Below the pieces are notes generated by a model that saw only the letters and a program-made list of their open reading frames with translations, made no database searches and had not been told where the DNA came from. 64,000 nucleotides of DNA from Candidatus Versatilivorator sp. (GTDB lineage: Bacteria > Acidobacteriota > Terriglobia > Versatilivoradales > Versatilivoraceae), in the NCBI GenBank assembly GCA_965207735.1, contig OZ242296.1:1-64000 (forward strand), in the 5' to 3' direction. Below, in pieces: positions 10,625 to 20,959 of this stretch. A program made the position numbers and the translations under genes. Numbering within the stretch: the stretch's first letter is position 1; every line of letters starts with the position of its first letter.

Positions 10625-11153
10625 CCTCCACCATCAGTTTTCTGAGGGTCTCTCGGCCTCGGTGAATGTCGCTTTTGATCTTGCCCAGCGAGACTCCCAG
10701 CAGTCGGGCGATTTCTGCGTAGCTTCGCTCCTCGAAATGAAACAGCACCAGGGGCACCCGCTGATGCCGCGGCAGGCGGCGGACCGCCTGCTCCAGCCGG
10801 GCATGCACTTCGGCTTTCTCCAGGTCCGCTTGCTGTGAGCTTCTCGCCACCAGCCGGTCTTCATAGCCCGGTTCCTTTTCGGAGTCGCCGGGGCGCCTCT
10901 GACTGAACAAGCGCCAGCGAGCTCGAAAGCGGGACAGATGGTTCAGGCAGAGGTTGGTGGTCACGGTCCTGAGCCATCCTCCGGCCGAGGGGTTCTCCGC
11001 CAGGTGTTCGAACCGCTCGAAAGCCTTCAGAAACACGGTCTGGGACACGTCCTGGGCCTCGCTTTCGTCTCCCAGCAACCGAACCGCAATACCGAATACC
11101 ATGTGCTGGTACTTGCGAACGAACGCCTCAAATGCGGTGGCACCGGTCATCAT
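10608..11153 (-). CDS. ECF RNA polymerase sigma factor
   Basis: AQDVSQTVFLKAF, WLRTVTTNLCLN, region 4 SYAEIARLLGVSLGKIKSDIHRGR. Confidence 0.93.
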   Translation of the reverse strand: MMTGATAFEAFVRKYQHMVFGIAVRLLGDESEAQDVSQTVFLKAFERFEHLAENPSAGGWLRTVTTNLCLNHLSRFRARWRLFSQRRPGDSEKEPGYEDRLVARSSQQADLEKAEVHARLEQAVRRLPRHQRVPLVLFHFEERSYAEIARLLGVSLGKIKSDIHRGRETLRKLMVEGDETP

Positions 11154-11207
11154 CCTCCAAAGCTCTCCGACTCATCCTTCCAATAACCCGCGAGCCGGAC
11201 GAAAGTT

Positions 11208-12086
11208 TCAGGGATGGACGGATATTTTCGAGTTTGCTGCCGGAACGTCGACCGCAGGGTTCCCAGAAGCCTGCGGACCCGGCCTATTCAAGGCCTCGAG
11301 AATCAGCTCTTCCACCTTTCGCCAGACCGCCGGGTCGCGGTCCATTTTGGCGTGGGCCCTGCGGGCGATCTTTTTGTGCCAGGGGAGGTGGGACAGGTCG
11401 ATGTCCAGGTTCGAATAGTCAAAGCGGAAGTTTCCGAGAATGCGGGTGCGGCTGGAGTCGGCCGCACGGATGGGCGCCTCGCCGCGAATGATACGCCCGT
11501 TGTCCTGGTAGAGGTTGGCGGCGGCGCGGACGTTGGGAGGGATCAGGCCGTCGCCCCGGCCCACGCTGTCCACCTGGATGGTCAACAAGACCGGGATATC
11601 CAGTCGGTCCAACTGCCGGGCGAACTTCACCACCGCGGCGCCTCCGAAGCTCTGTCCATAGAGAACGATGCGGGCCCGTTGTCGTTCCTCCGGCTGGAGG
11701 CGGCCGTCGCCGTTGCCATCCAGGCAGGCCCGCACCAGTCGAAGGGCCAGGTTGCGCTTAAGATTCTCGACGGTTTCCACGTGCACTCCGGGCATTGCCT
11801 TTTTTCGGAGCCATTGAGCCGTCCGGCCCACCCCCACCTCGGCGTTGCGCCAGGAGTCGCGGCCGCCCATGAAGCCCAGAACCAAGGTGTGGCCCGGCTG
11901 CAGCGGCCTGGGCGCGGCAAAGTGTTGAAACTGTTGGGCGGGTCGGGGGGCGCAGGAGGCTTCCCGGCCGACGGCCAGCAGGATCAGCATCGGGAGGAGC
12001 CGTTGGACAGTCCGCGCAAGAGGAGGTTTCCGATGCGCGCGCGTGCGCCGGTCCGTCAGCCATTCAACCTGGATTGCCGGTGGCAC
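11208..12086 (-). CDS. Alpha/beta-hydrolase-like hypothetical protein
   Basis: GQSFGG nucleophile elbow; probable start at 11990 with signal-like N-terminus. Confidence 0.7.
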   Translation of the reverse strand: MPPAIQVEWLTDRRTRAHRKPPLARTVQRLLPMLILLAVGREASCAPRPAQQFQHFAAPRPLQPGHTLVLGFMGGRDSWRNAEVGVGRTAQWLRKKAMPGVHVETVENLKRNLALRLVRACLDGNGDGRLQPEERQRARIVLYGQSFGGAAVVKFARQLDRLDIPVLLTIQVDSVGRGDGLIPPNVRAAANLYQDNGRIIRGEAPIRAADSSRTRILGNFRFDYSNLDIDLSHLPWHKKIARRAHAKMDRDPAVWRKVEELILEALNRPGPQASGNPAVDVPAANSKISVHP

Positions 12087-12204
12087 ATTGCCTCCTGGAG
12101 CGGGTACGAGTGAAAACTGTTTGTCCTGCTATTCCATTGGGACCAAGTAAGGCGGCCTGTTGCAGTTTCGGCATTGACAGGAGTTGCCCTGGCTTGAATC
12201 TGCA

Positions 12205-13521
12205 TCAGTTCGTGGAGGCTATCACGGGTACGCCGCCTGAAGGGGCGAAGGTGATGCCCCGGCGCACCACCCGAACCCTTTGACCCAAATCGGGTCGCAG
12301 GCTCACGCGCGACAGCAGGCGAGCCAGCACGATCTTCATCTCGTAGGTCGCGAACGCCGCACCGAGACAGTGGCGGGTACCTCCACCGAATGGGAAAAAA
12401 GTGTAAGGATCGATGCGCCGCCCCACAAACCGATCGGGATTGAACACCTCCGGATCCGGCCACAAGTCAGGCCGCCGGTGGGTAAGATAGATGCAGGGAG
12501 CCACGATATTCCCAGCCTGAATCTTGGTGTCACCGATGGGTGTATCCTTCTCGAGCCGGCGGACGACGATGGGCACGACCGGATTGAGCCGAGCCGTCTC
12601 CTTGACGACTGCGTCCAGGTATTCGAGCGCGGCGATCTGCTCCGGGGACGGCGCGGGAAGGCGTTGTCCCTCTCCGATCACCTGAGCCACCTCGGCGCGG
12701 GCAGCCTCCAGCGCTTCCGGGTTCTGCAGGAGAGAGTGAATCGTCCACGCCAGCGAGGTGGCCGTTGTCTCATGGCCGGCCACCAGCATGGTGACCATCT
12801 CATCCCGAATTTCCTCATCGCTCATGGGCCGGCCCTCTTCGTCGAGCGCGGCCACCAGCAAGGTCATGATGTCGCTGGCATCGCTTTGAGACGCTACCCT
12901 TCGGCGGGCGATTTCGGCGTACAACAAGCGGTCGATCTCTCGACGGATGCGAACCAGGCGATTCCAGGCTGCGACCAAGAGGAGGGGGTTCCTGCCGGCC
13001 AACCCGAGAGCCTCGACCATCGTTCGACGCAGGCGCCAACGCTGCTCACCCTCGGCCACCCCGAAGACGGCGCGCAGGATAATGTCCAGAGTGATTTCCT
13101 GCATTTGCGAGTGAATGGGAAACGATGCTCCAGTCGGCCAGGAGTCGATCGATCGGTCGACAATCTCGCAAATCATTTGGCTGTACAGGCGCATGCGCTC
13201 GCCATGAAAGGGGGGCATCAGCAGTTTGCGTTCACGCCTGTGCCGAGCGCCGTCGAGCATGAGAATCGAATTGGAGCCCACGATCGGCTTGAGTATCCGG
13301 TTGGCACGCCCGGCTCGAAGGTTGGCGGGGTCTCCGGTAAAGACCTGCTTGATGGCGGAAGGCTCACTGATAAAGACCATCGGCGGCGTGGCGACAAAGC
13401 GGATGGTGAAGGCGTTCCCGTAGGTTTCGGCACAGGATCGCATGAACGGGACGGGCCGGAAGATCCATTGAAACATCTGAAGGAGGGGTGGGACCCGCGG
13501 TCCGGGCGGCAATTGGGACAT
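12205..13521 (-). CDS. Cytochrome P450
   Basis: AGHETTA I-helix, ETAR (ExxR), FNPDRF, heme motif FGGGTRHCLG. Confidence 0.97.
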   Translation of the reverse strand: MSQLPPGPRVPPLLQMFQWIFRPVPFMRSCAETYGNAFTIRFVATPPMVFISEPSAIKQVFTGDPANLRAGRANRILKPIVGSNSILMLDGARHRRERKLLMPPFHGERMRLYSQMICEIVDRSIDSWPTGASFPIHSQMQEITLDIILRAVFGVAEGEQRWRLRRTMVEALGLAGRNPLLLVAAWNRLVRIRREIDRLLYAEIARRRVASQSDASDIMTLLVAALDEEGRPMSDEEIRDEMVTMLVAGHETTATSLAWTIHSLLQNPEALEAARAEVAQVIGEGQRLPAPSPEQIAALEYLDAVVKETARLNPVVPIVVRRLEKDTPIGDTKIQAGNIVAPCIYLTHRRPDLWPDPEVFNPDRFVGRRIDPYTFFPFGGGTRHCLGAAFATYEMKIVLARLLSRVSLRPDLGQRVRVVRRGITFAPSGGVPVIASTN

Positions 13522-13865
13522 GCCTCAATTATCATCCCTTTCACGGTTTATTGTGAGCCCTTTGCAAAACACCGCATCGTGACCTTGATATCCCGGCGTC
13601 ATGGGAGGAAGCCCACCCGGGAGCGCGGGCGTCCCGCCCGCAACCTTTTTCGTGCAAGCAGCCTGCGATCCAGGGACATTCCTTCGAACAGAGCACCAAA
13701 CGGCCTTTGCAGGGTTCGCTACTATGGTGCCAAGTCCTATTCACTTGTTTCAGACCGGACCCCGGCCTGCGCCTCCAACGATCCCGGGTCTGGCCTTTGG
13801 CAAGGACTTTTCCTACAATCACCCAAAGTCGGCAAATAGTCTCTCCCCTCCGATGAGGTCATTCG

Positions 13866-16800
13866 ATGTTGCGGAACGGCATTCCGGCTGTCGCCCTGCT
13901 GCTGGCCGCCTGGGTGCCGGCAGGGGCCGAGTGGGAGTTTTCTCAGGACATCCGGCCGCTGCTGCAGCGGTATTGTCTGACCTGCCATTCGACCTCCCAA
14001 AAGATCGGCGAACTGGACCTGGAGCGTTTTTCCGATGCGGCTGCCGCGCGCCGGGATCTGCAGGTTTGGTCCCAGGTCCTCAATATGGTCGAATCCGGTC
14101 AGATGCCCCCCGAGGCATCGCCTCAGCCGAGCGAGGCCGAGCGCCCGCGGATCCTGGAGTGGGTGAGGGGGTTGCTGGAGGCCGAGGCGCAATCCAGAGC
14201 CGGAGATCCCGGCCGGGTGGTTCTGCGCCGCCTGAGCAACTCCCAATACCAGTACACCCTACGGGACCTTCTGGGGGTGGATCTGCGGCCGGCCCGGGAG
14301 TTTCCCATCGACGGAGCCGCCGGAGAGGGGTTTACCAATGCCGGCGAGGCTCTGGTGATGTCGCCCGCCCTGCTGGGAAAGTACCTGGATGCCGCCAAGG
14401 AGATCGTCCGGCACGCGGTGCTGCTTCCCGACGGGTTCCGGTTTTCCAGGCATAAGACCCGCCGCGACTGGACCGACGAAATCCTGGGACGCATCCGCTC
14501 CTTTTATGGCCGCTACACCGAAGTGCGGCGCCGGGAGTGGATGTACGGCGATATCCCTCTGGCCATCGACTATGGACAGGTGCCCCTCGAAAAATATGTC
14601 CGGGCCGCCATGGAGTTGCGTCAAGGCAGAGCGGGGCTGGATGAGATCGCTGACCGCAACGGGTTGTCCCGGAAGTACCTGGGAGTATTGTGGAATGTCC
14701 TCAACGGGAGGGTCGGGGGGGATTCCTTTCTGCTGGAGAACGTGCGCTCGCGCTGGCGCTCGCTCTCTCCGCGGGACGCCGGAAGGCTGGTCTCGGAGAT
14801 CGAACGCTGGTACGAGCCCCTGTGGAGATTCAACAGCGTCGGCCATTTGAATCGTTGGCTGGAGCCGGTGACGCCCCTGGTCAGGAAGCAGAGTTTTTCC
14901 ATTTCCTTGGAGACACCGGCGGAAGACGAAGCGGCTATCCTCCACCTCTGGGCCGGCGACGCCGGAGACGGCGGCCAGGAAGACAATCTAGTGTGGAAAC
15001 GCCCCCGCTTCGAGGGCAGGCCCATACCGGTACACGGCGACAAGCCCCGGCCGAGCGACCTGCCTCCGATCCTGCTGCGGGACCTGCCGCTGGTGAGCCG
15101 GACTCTGGAGTCGACCCTGCGAAAAACCTTCGCCGACAGCCGGCGCTACCTTGCAGCGGCGGCGCGGCTGGCGGAGCCCGGGCCCCCGCCGGACCTGGAA
15201 GCCCTGGCTGCCCGGGAGGGATTGAACCCGGACCTTCTGCGGCGTTGGACCGGCTATCTGGGAATCGGACCACCGAGAGCGGATCGGGAGAAGCCGCTGT
15301 CCCAGGCGATGGAGAACCTCCAGAAGACAGATCAGCTCAATGGCTGGCGCACGCCCTTGTCGGGGGCGGCGCCGGCTCCCTATCAGGACACTGCCTACCT
15401 GGTGGCCAACTCCGGGAATCAAGTCTGGCGGATCCCGGGCACGGTGCCTCCCAGATCGGTGGTGGTGCATCCCACCCGGCAGCGGTGGGTCGGGATCTCC
15501 TGGCGTTCACCCGAGGAACTGAGGGCGGGAGTGGAAGCGCGGGTGGAGGATTCCCACCCGGACTGCGGCAACGGTATCGAGTGGGTCCTGAAGCTTCGCC
15601 AGGCGGGGCTGGAACGCATCCTGGCCTCGGGGAGCCTGGAAAACGAGAACCGGGCCATCCGTCCCGGCCAGAGGTTCCGGCTGCGCCGGGGGGATGAGAT
15701 CTCGCTGCTGGTGGGACCCCGGAAGCACAACGCCCGCTGCGATCTGACCCGCGTCGACTTGACCGTTCGGGAAGGGGCGGGAGCCGAGCGTGTGTGGGAT
15801 CTGGCGGACAACGTCATCGACTCGGTGCTGGAGAGCAACCCGCACGGCGATGCCTTTGGTAACCCGGGTGTCTGGCACTTTTTCACGCTGGAGGAGTCCC
15901 CGAGCGATCGCTTGAATGCCATTGCCCCGGGTTCGGCCCTCTACCGCTGGCTGGACAGCCTCTCCAACCCCACCCTGAGCCATCAGGCGGCAGCCGCCGC
16001 CGGGCAGGTGGCGACACTGCTGGACTCGGGCCCCCCAGCCGCTGGAGACCATCCGGACGCCCTTCTCTATTCCCGGATCACGGCCCTGGACGGACCCTTC
16101 CTGAGAGGCATGGATCTGGCGGCTGCCGGGCGGGAGGCCGGATCCTCGGGAAGCCATCGGAACTCCAACCGCGGGCCGGGCGTTTCCAACGGACTGGAGG
16201 GGATCGAATTCGGGCGGCGCCCCGGCGGACAGCCGCTGGATGAGGCCAGTTTCCTGGTGCAGGCTCCCGCCCTCATCCGGGTGGAGGTGCCCCGGAGAAT
16301 TGCCCAGGCCTACAACTTCGTGGCCGAAGCGGCACTGGATCCCGGTTGGGGCCAGTCCGGCAGCGTCCAGGTTCACGCGGGCCTGGAGGTTCCGCAATCG
16401 ATGCGGGGTCTCGTGCCTCCGGTCGGCGCCAACGACGCCCACCCCGAGGCCAATGCCAACCCGGAGCCGGCCAGGTTTCCCGTGATCGTGGGGAGTGACG
16501 CCACCCGAGGGCGGTTCCAGGAGGCCTTTGCCGCCTTCCGGCAGTGGTTCCCCCCGGCCATGTGCTACACCCAGATCGTCCCCGTGGACGAGGGGATCAC
16601 CATCTCGCTCTTCCACCGGGAGGACGAGGCGCTCAGTCGGCTGGTTCTGGAGGAAGACAATAAGAGAGAGCTGGATCGGCTCTGGCGCCAGCTTCGCTAT
16701 GTGAGTCAGGACGCACTCACTATCGCCGATTCCTTCGACGAGTGGTGGAATTTCGGAGCCCACTACAAGAAGTTCAGTCGCGAATCGCGTGAGGCCCCGA

Positions 16801-18113
16801 TCCGACGCCGGGCCCAGCAGTTTCGGGAAGAGTTGCGTTCCTCCGAATCCCGGCACCTGGATGCCTTGCTTCGCTTTGCCGAGCGCGCCTGGCGCCGGAC
16901 CCTGGAGGCCCGGGAGAAAGCGGGTCTCTTGAATCTCTATACATCGCTCAGGGTTGAGGGGCAGGGACACGATCCGGCGCTGCGCAGCCTGCTGGCTCGC
17001 GTGCTGGTGTCTCCCAACTTTCTCTACCGCATCGAGCAGCCGGCGGCAGGGGTTGAAATCCAACCGGTCTCCGCTTGGGAGCTGGCCAGCCGGCTCAGCT
17101 ATTTCCTCTGGTCCTCAATGCCCGACGGCGAGCTGTTTCGACTCGCAGCCAACGGCTCCATCCGCGAACCAAAGGTGCTGGTCGGTCAGGCCGGGAGAAT
17201 GCTCAAGCAGGACCGCGCCCGCGCCTTGGCCGTGGAATTCGCCGCCCAGTGGCTGGGATTCCGGGAATTCGACCAGGACCAAGGCAAGAATGAGCGCCTC
17301 TTTCCGACCTTCGCCCGGCGTCGTTCCGACATGTACGAGGAGTCGGTCCGGTTCTTCGAGGAGCTCTTTCGCCGCGATGGATCGGTGATCGATATCCTGG
17401 ATGCCGACTACACCTACCTCAACCGGGAGTTGGCGGACCACTACGGGATTCCGGACGTGTCGGGCAGCGAGTGGCGGCGGGTCCAGGGGATCAAGCGGTA
17501 TCAGCGAGGAGGTGTTTTGGGGATGGGCAGCATGCTCAGCAAGCAGTCGGGCGCTTCCAGGACCAGCCCCGTTCTGCGCGGAAACTGGATCTTCGAGACC
17601 CTGCTGGGGAATCATCTGCCCAAGCCTCCTCCCAACGTGCCCGAGCTTCCCGAAGACGAAAGGCACACCCAGGGCCTGACGGTGCGCCAGATGGTGGAAA
17701 GGCATCGCAGCCTGCCCGGATGCGCCGCCTGCCACGACAAGATCGATCCGCTGGGTCTGGCCCTGGAGGGCTTCGATCCCATTGGGCGTCGCCGCACCCG
17801 GGACCTGGCCGGCCGACCCGTGGATGCCGGCGTGCGACTGCAGCCGGGAATCGAGTTTCGGGATCTGGCCGGGCTGCGAACCTATCTGCTGGAGCAGCGG
17901 AGAGAGGAATTTCTGCGGAATTTCAGCCGCAAGTTGCTGGGGTATGCCTTGGGCCGCTCGGTGGAGGTGTCGGATGAAGGTCTCCTGACCGAGGTGCTGC
18001 AGTCCTTGGAGAGAGCCGGCTTCCGTTTCTCGGCGGCTGTTGCTACCATTGTGCAAAGCCCGCAGTTTATGCACCAGCGCGGACGGGATGTGGGGAGCCC
18101 CGACCAACCATGA
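13866..18113 (+). CDS. DUF1592-type (DUF1587/1595/1592/1588/1585) planctomycete-like c-type cytochrome protein
   Basis: Signal peptide, CLTCH and CAACH heme motifs, RRLSNSQYQYTLRDL, ELASRLSYFLWSSMPD, RTSPVLRG. Confidence 0.9.
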   Translation: MLRNGIPAVALLLAAWVPAGAEWEFSQDIRPLLQRYCLTCHSTSQKIGELDLERFSDAAAARRDLQVWSQVLNMVESGQMPPEASPQPSEAERPRILEWVRGLLEAEAQSRAGDPGRVVLRRLSNSQYQYTLRDLLGVDLRPAREFPIDGAAGEGFTNAGEALVMSPALLGKYLDAAKEIVRHAVLLPDGFRFSRHKTRRDWTDEILGRIRSFYGRYTEVRRREWMYGDIPLAIDYGQVPLEKYVRAAMELRQGRAGLDEIADRNGLSRKYLGVLWNVLNGRVGGDSFLLENVRSRWRSLSPRDAGRLVSEIERWYEPLWRFNSVGHLNRWLEPVTPLVRKQSFSISLETPAEDEAAILHLWAGDAGDGGQEDNLVWKRPRFEGRPIPVHGDKPRPSDLPPILLRDLPLVSRTLESTLRKTFADSRRYLAAAARLAEPGPPPDLEALAAREGLNPDLLRRWTGYLGIGPPRADREKPLSQAMENLQKTDQLNGWRTPLSGAAPAPYQDTAYLVANSGNQVWRIPGTVPPRSVVVHPTRQRWVGISWRSPEELRAGVEARVEDSHPDCGNGIEWVLKLRQAGLERILASGSLENENRAIRPGQRFRLRRGDEISLLVGPRKHNARCDLTRVDLTVREGAGAERVWDLADNVIDSVLESNPHGDAFGNPGVWHFFTLEESPSDRLNAIAPGSALYRWLDSLSNPTLSHQAAAAAGQVATLLDSGPPAAGDHPDALLYSRITALDGPFLRGMDLAAAGREAGSSGSHRNSNRGPGVSNGLEGIEFGRRPGGQPLDEASFLVQAPALIRVEVPRRIAQAYNFVAEAALDPGWGQSGSVQVHAGLEVPQSMRGLVPPVGANDAHPEANANPEPARFPVIVGSDATRGRFQEAFAAFRQWFPPAMCYTQIVPVDEGITISLFHREDEALSRLVLEEDNKRELDRLWRQLRYVSQDALTIADSFDEWWNFGAHYKKFSRESREAPIRRRAQQFREELRSSESRHLDALLRFAERAWRRTLEAREKAGLLNLYTSLRVEGQGHDPALRSLLARVLVSPNFLYRIEQPAAGVEIQPVSAWELASRLSYFLWSSMPDGELFRLAANGSIREPKVLVGQAGRMLKQDRARALAVEFAAQWLGFREFDQDQGKNERLFPTFARRRSDMYEESVRFFEELFRRDGSVIDILDADYTYLNRELADHYGIPDVSGSEWRRVQGIKRYQRGGVLGMGSMLSKQSGASRTSPVLRGNWIFETLLGNHLPKPPPNVPELPEDERHTQGLTVRQMVERHRSLPGCAACHDKIDPLGLALEGFDPIGRRRTRDLAGRPVDAGVRLQPGIEFRDLAGLRTYLLEQRREEFLRNFSRKLLGYALGRSVEVSDEGLLTEVLQSLERAGFRFSAAVATIVQSPQFMHQRGRDVGSPDQP

Positions 18114-19444
18114 ATTCCATTGAATCGCGCCAATCCGGACGGAAGGTCGACTTGGCCCGGCGCAGGCTGTTGCGCGGTCTGGGCGTGAGTCTGGCGCTTC
18201 CCTGGCTCGAGTCCATTCCCGCCTGGGGTGGCGTTTCCTCCCAGCCCCGAACCGGCATGCGACCGCCGCTTCGCTTCGCCTGCCTTTTTGCCGGCAACGG
18301 TTTTTATGAAGGGGAGTGGTGGGCACGGACCGAAGGGCGATCCATGAAGTTCGGCAAGGTGCTGGAACCGCTGGCGCCCTATCAGCACAAGTTGAACTTC
18401 CTCCGTGGGCTCTACAACGCCGAAGCTCTGAAGGGAAACATTCACAGCTCACAGACCGGTAATATCCTCTCGGGTGCGCTGCTGGCTCCCGGTGGAAAGA
18501 TCCGTTCCGGCACCAGCATCGACCAGGTGCTGGCCCAGCGTCTCGGCACTGGGACCAAGGTGCCCAGTCTGGTCCTTGGATGCGAAAAGTCGATCGCCAG
18601 CGTGCACAAGAACTACTCCATGCTCTACAGCTCCCACATTTCCTGGAGCTCTCCGACCACACCCACCCCGCTGGAGATCTATCCTGCCCTGGCCTTTGAC
18701 CGTCTCTTTCGGGAAGGCGGCGCCGAAGCCGGCGATGCCAGCGTCCTGGACGCCGTCCTGGAGGAAGCGACGGGTCTGCGGCGGCGCATCAGCACCCTGG
18801 ACCGGTACAAGTTCGATGAGTACCTCAATTCGGTTCGGGAGGTGGAACGGCGAATCGAGCAGGCGGGGAAAAACCGCATGCTGCAGGGTTGGCGACCCAC
18901 GCTGGAAAAGCCGGACCGGCAGCGCCCCGACGACGGATTGCCTCAGGACATCCACGAGCACATGCGGTTGATGTGCGATATCCTGGTGCTGGCCTTTCAG
19001 ACCGACAGCACCCGAGTCTGCACGCTCAAGCTCAACAACGATCTCTCCCAGCTTCGCTTTCCCCATCTGGGGATCGACCACACCATTCACCACATGCTTT
19101 CCCACGGGGATTCCGACGACTGGCTGGAGGTGAACCGATACTTTGTGGAGCAAGTAGCTTACCTGGTCGGACGAATGGACGAGATTCAGGAGGGCGAGGG
19201 GACGCTGCTGGACAATTCGGCCATTCTCTTCTGCTCCAGCATGCTGACCGGAAACCACGATGCCTCCCAGTTGCCGGTGGTGCTCCTGGGGAGGGCCGGG
19301 GGCCGGATCGAGACCGGCCGTGTCCTGGATTACCTCGATGGCCCCAACCGCAGAATGTCCAGCCTCTACCTGTCCCTGGCTTCGAAGTTCGGTGTCGAGC
19401 TGGAACGGTTCGGGGACTCTGACGAACCCCTGAGGAATATCTGA
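18110..19444 (+). CDS. DUF1552 domain protein
   Basis: Tat-like RRRLLRGLGVSLALPWLES; LAFQTDSTRV; GTLLDNS; ATGA overlap. Confidence 0.9.
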   Translation: MNSIESRQSGRKVDLARRRLLRGLGVSLALPWLESIPAWGGVSSQPRTGMRPPLRFACLFAGNGFYEGEWWARTEGRSMKFGKVLEPLAPYQHKLNFLRGLYNAEALKGNIHSSQTGNILSGALLAPGGKIRSGTSIDQVLAQRLGTGTKVPSLVLGCEKSIASVHKNYSMLYSSHISWSSPTTPTPLEIYPALAFDRLFREGGAEAGDASVLDAVLEEATGLRRRISTLDRYKFDEYLNSVREVERRIEQAGKNRMLQGWRPTLEKPDRQRPDDGLPQDIHEHMRLMCDILVLAFQTDSTRVCTLKLNNDLSQLRFPHLGIDHTIHHMLSHGDSDDWLEVNRYFVEQVAYLVGRMDEIQEGEGTLLDNSAILFCSSMLTGNHDASQLPVVLLGRAGGRIETGRVLDYLDGPNRRMSSLYLSLASKFGVELERFGDSDEPLRNI

Positions 19445-19596
19445 ACTTCTTGCGCCTCCTTCCGATTGGCTTTCCATATAGAATCGTCTGAAATGATGGC
19501 CGGCGTCGGCTGCGCGGCTCGGCGGCAGGGTAGCTCCGCAAGTCCTGGTCGGTGCGGCCCTCCCTTGCCGGCGGGCAAGCCAGGGGAATCCCTGAA

Positions 19597-20916
19597 ATGA
19601 ATATCACGGTGGCAGGCACAGGGTACGTAGGTTTGGTGACCGGAGCGGCGCTGGCCGATTTCGGGCTGAACGTGAACTGCGTCGACAGCGACGCGCGGAA
19701 AATCGAAACGCTTTCTTCCGGTAGGGTACCGTTCTATGAGACCGGACTGGAGGAGTTGGTCAATCGCAACCTGAGGAACCGGCGGCTGACCTTTTCAACC
19801 GACCTGGAGGCGGCCGTGCGTGCTTCCCTGGCGGTATTTATCGCGGTGGGAACCCCGGACCTGCCGGACGGCACGCCCGACCTGAGCCAGGTCGATTCGG
19901 TGGCGGCCGCCCTGGCCGAGTGCCTGGACGATTACAGGGTCATCGTCACCAAGAGCACGGTACCGGTGGGCACCGCGAGACGGATTCAAGGCTTGTTGGA
20001 GAGGAAGCAGAGGAGGCCTGTCGAGTTCGACGTGGTTTCCAATCCCGAGTTTCTGCGGGAGGGCTCCGCGGTGGAAGACTTCATGCGCCCCAATCGGGTG
20101 GTGATCGGGGCGGATAGTGAAAAGGCGGTAGCCATCGTCAAGGATATCTATCGCCCCCTCTACCTGAATGAGACGCCGTTTGTGATCACCAGCCCGGAGA
20201 CGGCCGAACTCATCAAGTATGCCTGCAATGCCTTTCTGGCGACCAAGATTTCCTTTATCAACGAGATGGCCAACCTGTGCGAGAAAGTCGGAGCCGACAT
20301 CCATCACGTGGCCCGGGCCATGGGGCTCGACAAGCGGATCGGCCCGAAGTTCTTGCATCCGGGTCCCGGTTTCGGTGGCTCCTGCTTTCCCAAGGATCTG
20401 GTGGCGCTGGCCAGGACCGGCCGGCAGCTGGAGGCGCCTCAGAGGTTGGCGGAAGCCGTGATCGAAATCAATCGACGACAAAAGGAGCGGGTCTTCAGCA
20501 GGATCGAGAGCGAGCTGGGAGGTCTGAAACGCAAGAAGATCGGCGTCTTGGGGCTGGCATTCAAACCCAACACCGACGACATTCGCGAGGCTCCGGCCAT
20601 TGACATCTGCCGGAGACTGCTGGAGGCTGGCGCCCTGATTCAAGCCTACGATCCGGCGGCCATGCCCAACAGCCGCAAGGTCCTGAGCGGTGAGAAGGTG
20701 TTTTTCTGCCCGGACGCCTATGCCGCGGCGGCCGGGGTGGATGCACTGTGGATCGCTACCGAGTGGAACGAGTTTCGGAACATCAACCTGGCCAGGATCA
20801 AATCGCTGATGCAGGCGCCCGTCCTTTTCGACTCCCGCAACGTCTTCGATCCGGCGAAAGTGCGTGCCCTGGGATTCCGCTACTTCGGCACCGGACGCCC
20901 CGCGCTGTCCCCCTGA
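19597..20916 (+). CDS. ugd: UDP-glucose/GDP-mannose 6-dehydrogenase
   Basis: GTGYVG, TKSTVP, NPEFLREG, FGGSCFPKD, FKPNTDDIRE. Confidence 0.95.
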   Translation: MNITVAGTGYVGLVTGAALADFGLNVNCVDSDARKIETLSSGRVPFYETGLEELVNRNLRNRRLTFSTDLEAAVRASLAVFIAVGTPDLPDGTPDLSQVDSVAAALAECLDDYRVIVTKSTVPVGTARRIQGLLERKQRRPVEFDVVSNPEFLREGSAVEDFMRPNRVVIGADSEKAVAIVKDIYRPLYLNETPFVITSPETAELIKYACNAFLATKISFINEMANLCEKVGADIHHVARAMGLDKRIGPKFLHPGPGFGGSCFPKDLVALARTGRQLEAPQRLAEAVIEINRRQKERVFSRIESELGGLKRKKIGVLGLAFKPNTDDIREAPAIDICRRLLEAGALIQAYDPAAMPNSRKVLSGEKVFFCPDAYAAAAGVDALWIATEWNEFRNINLARIKSLMQAPVLFDSRNVFDPAKVRALGFRYFGTGRPALSP

Positions 20917-20959
20917 GACATGCATGGCGAACCGAACAGTGGTGACTAGTGCGAGCGAG

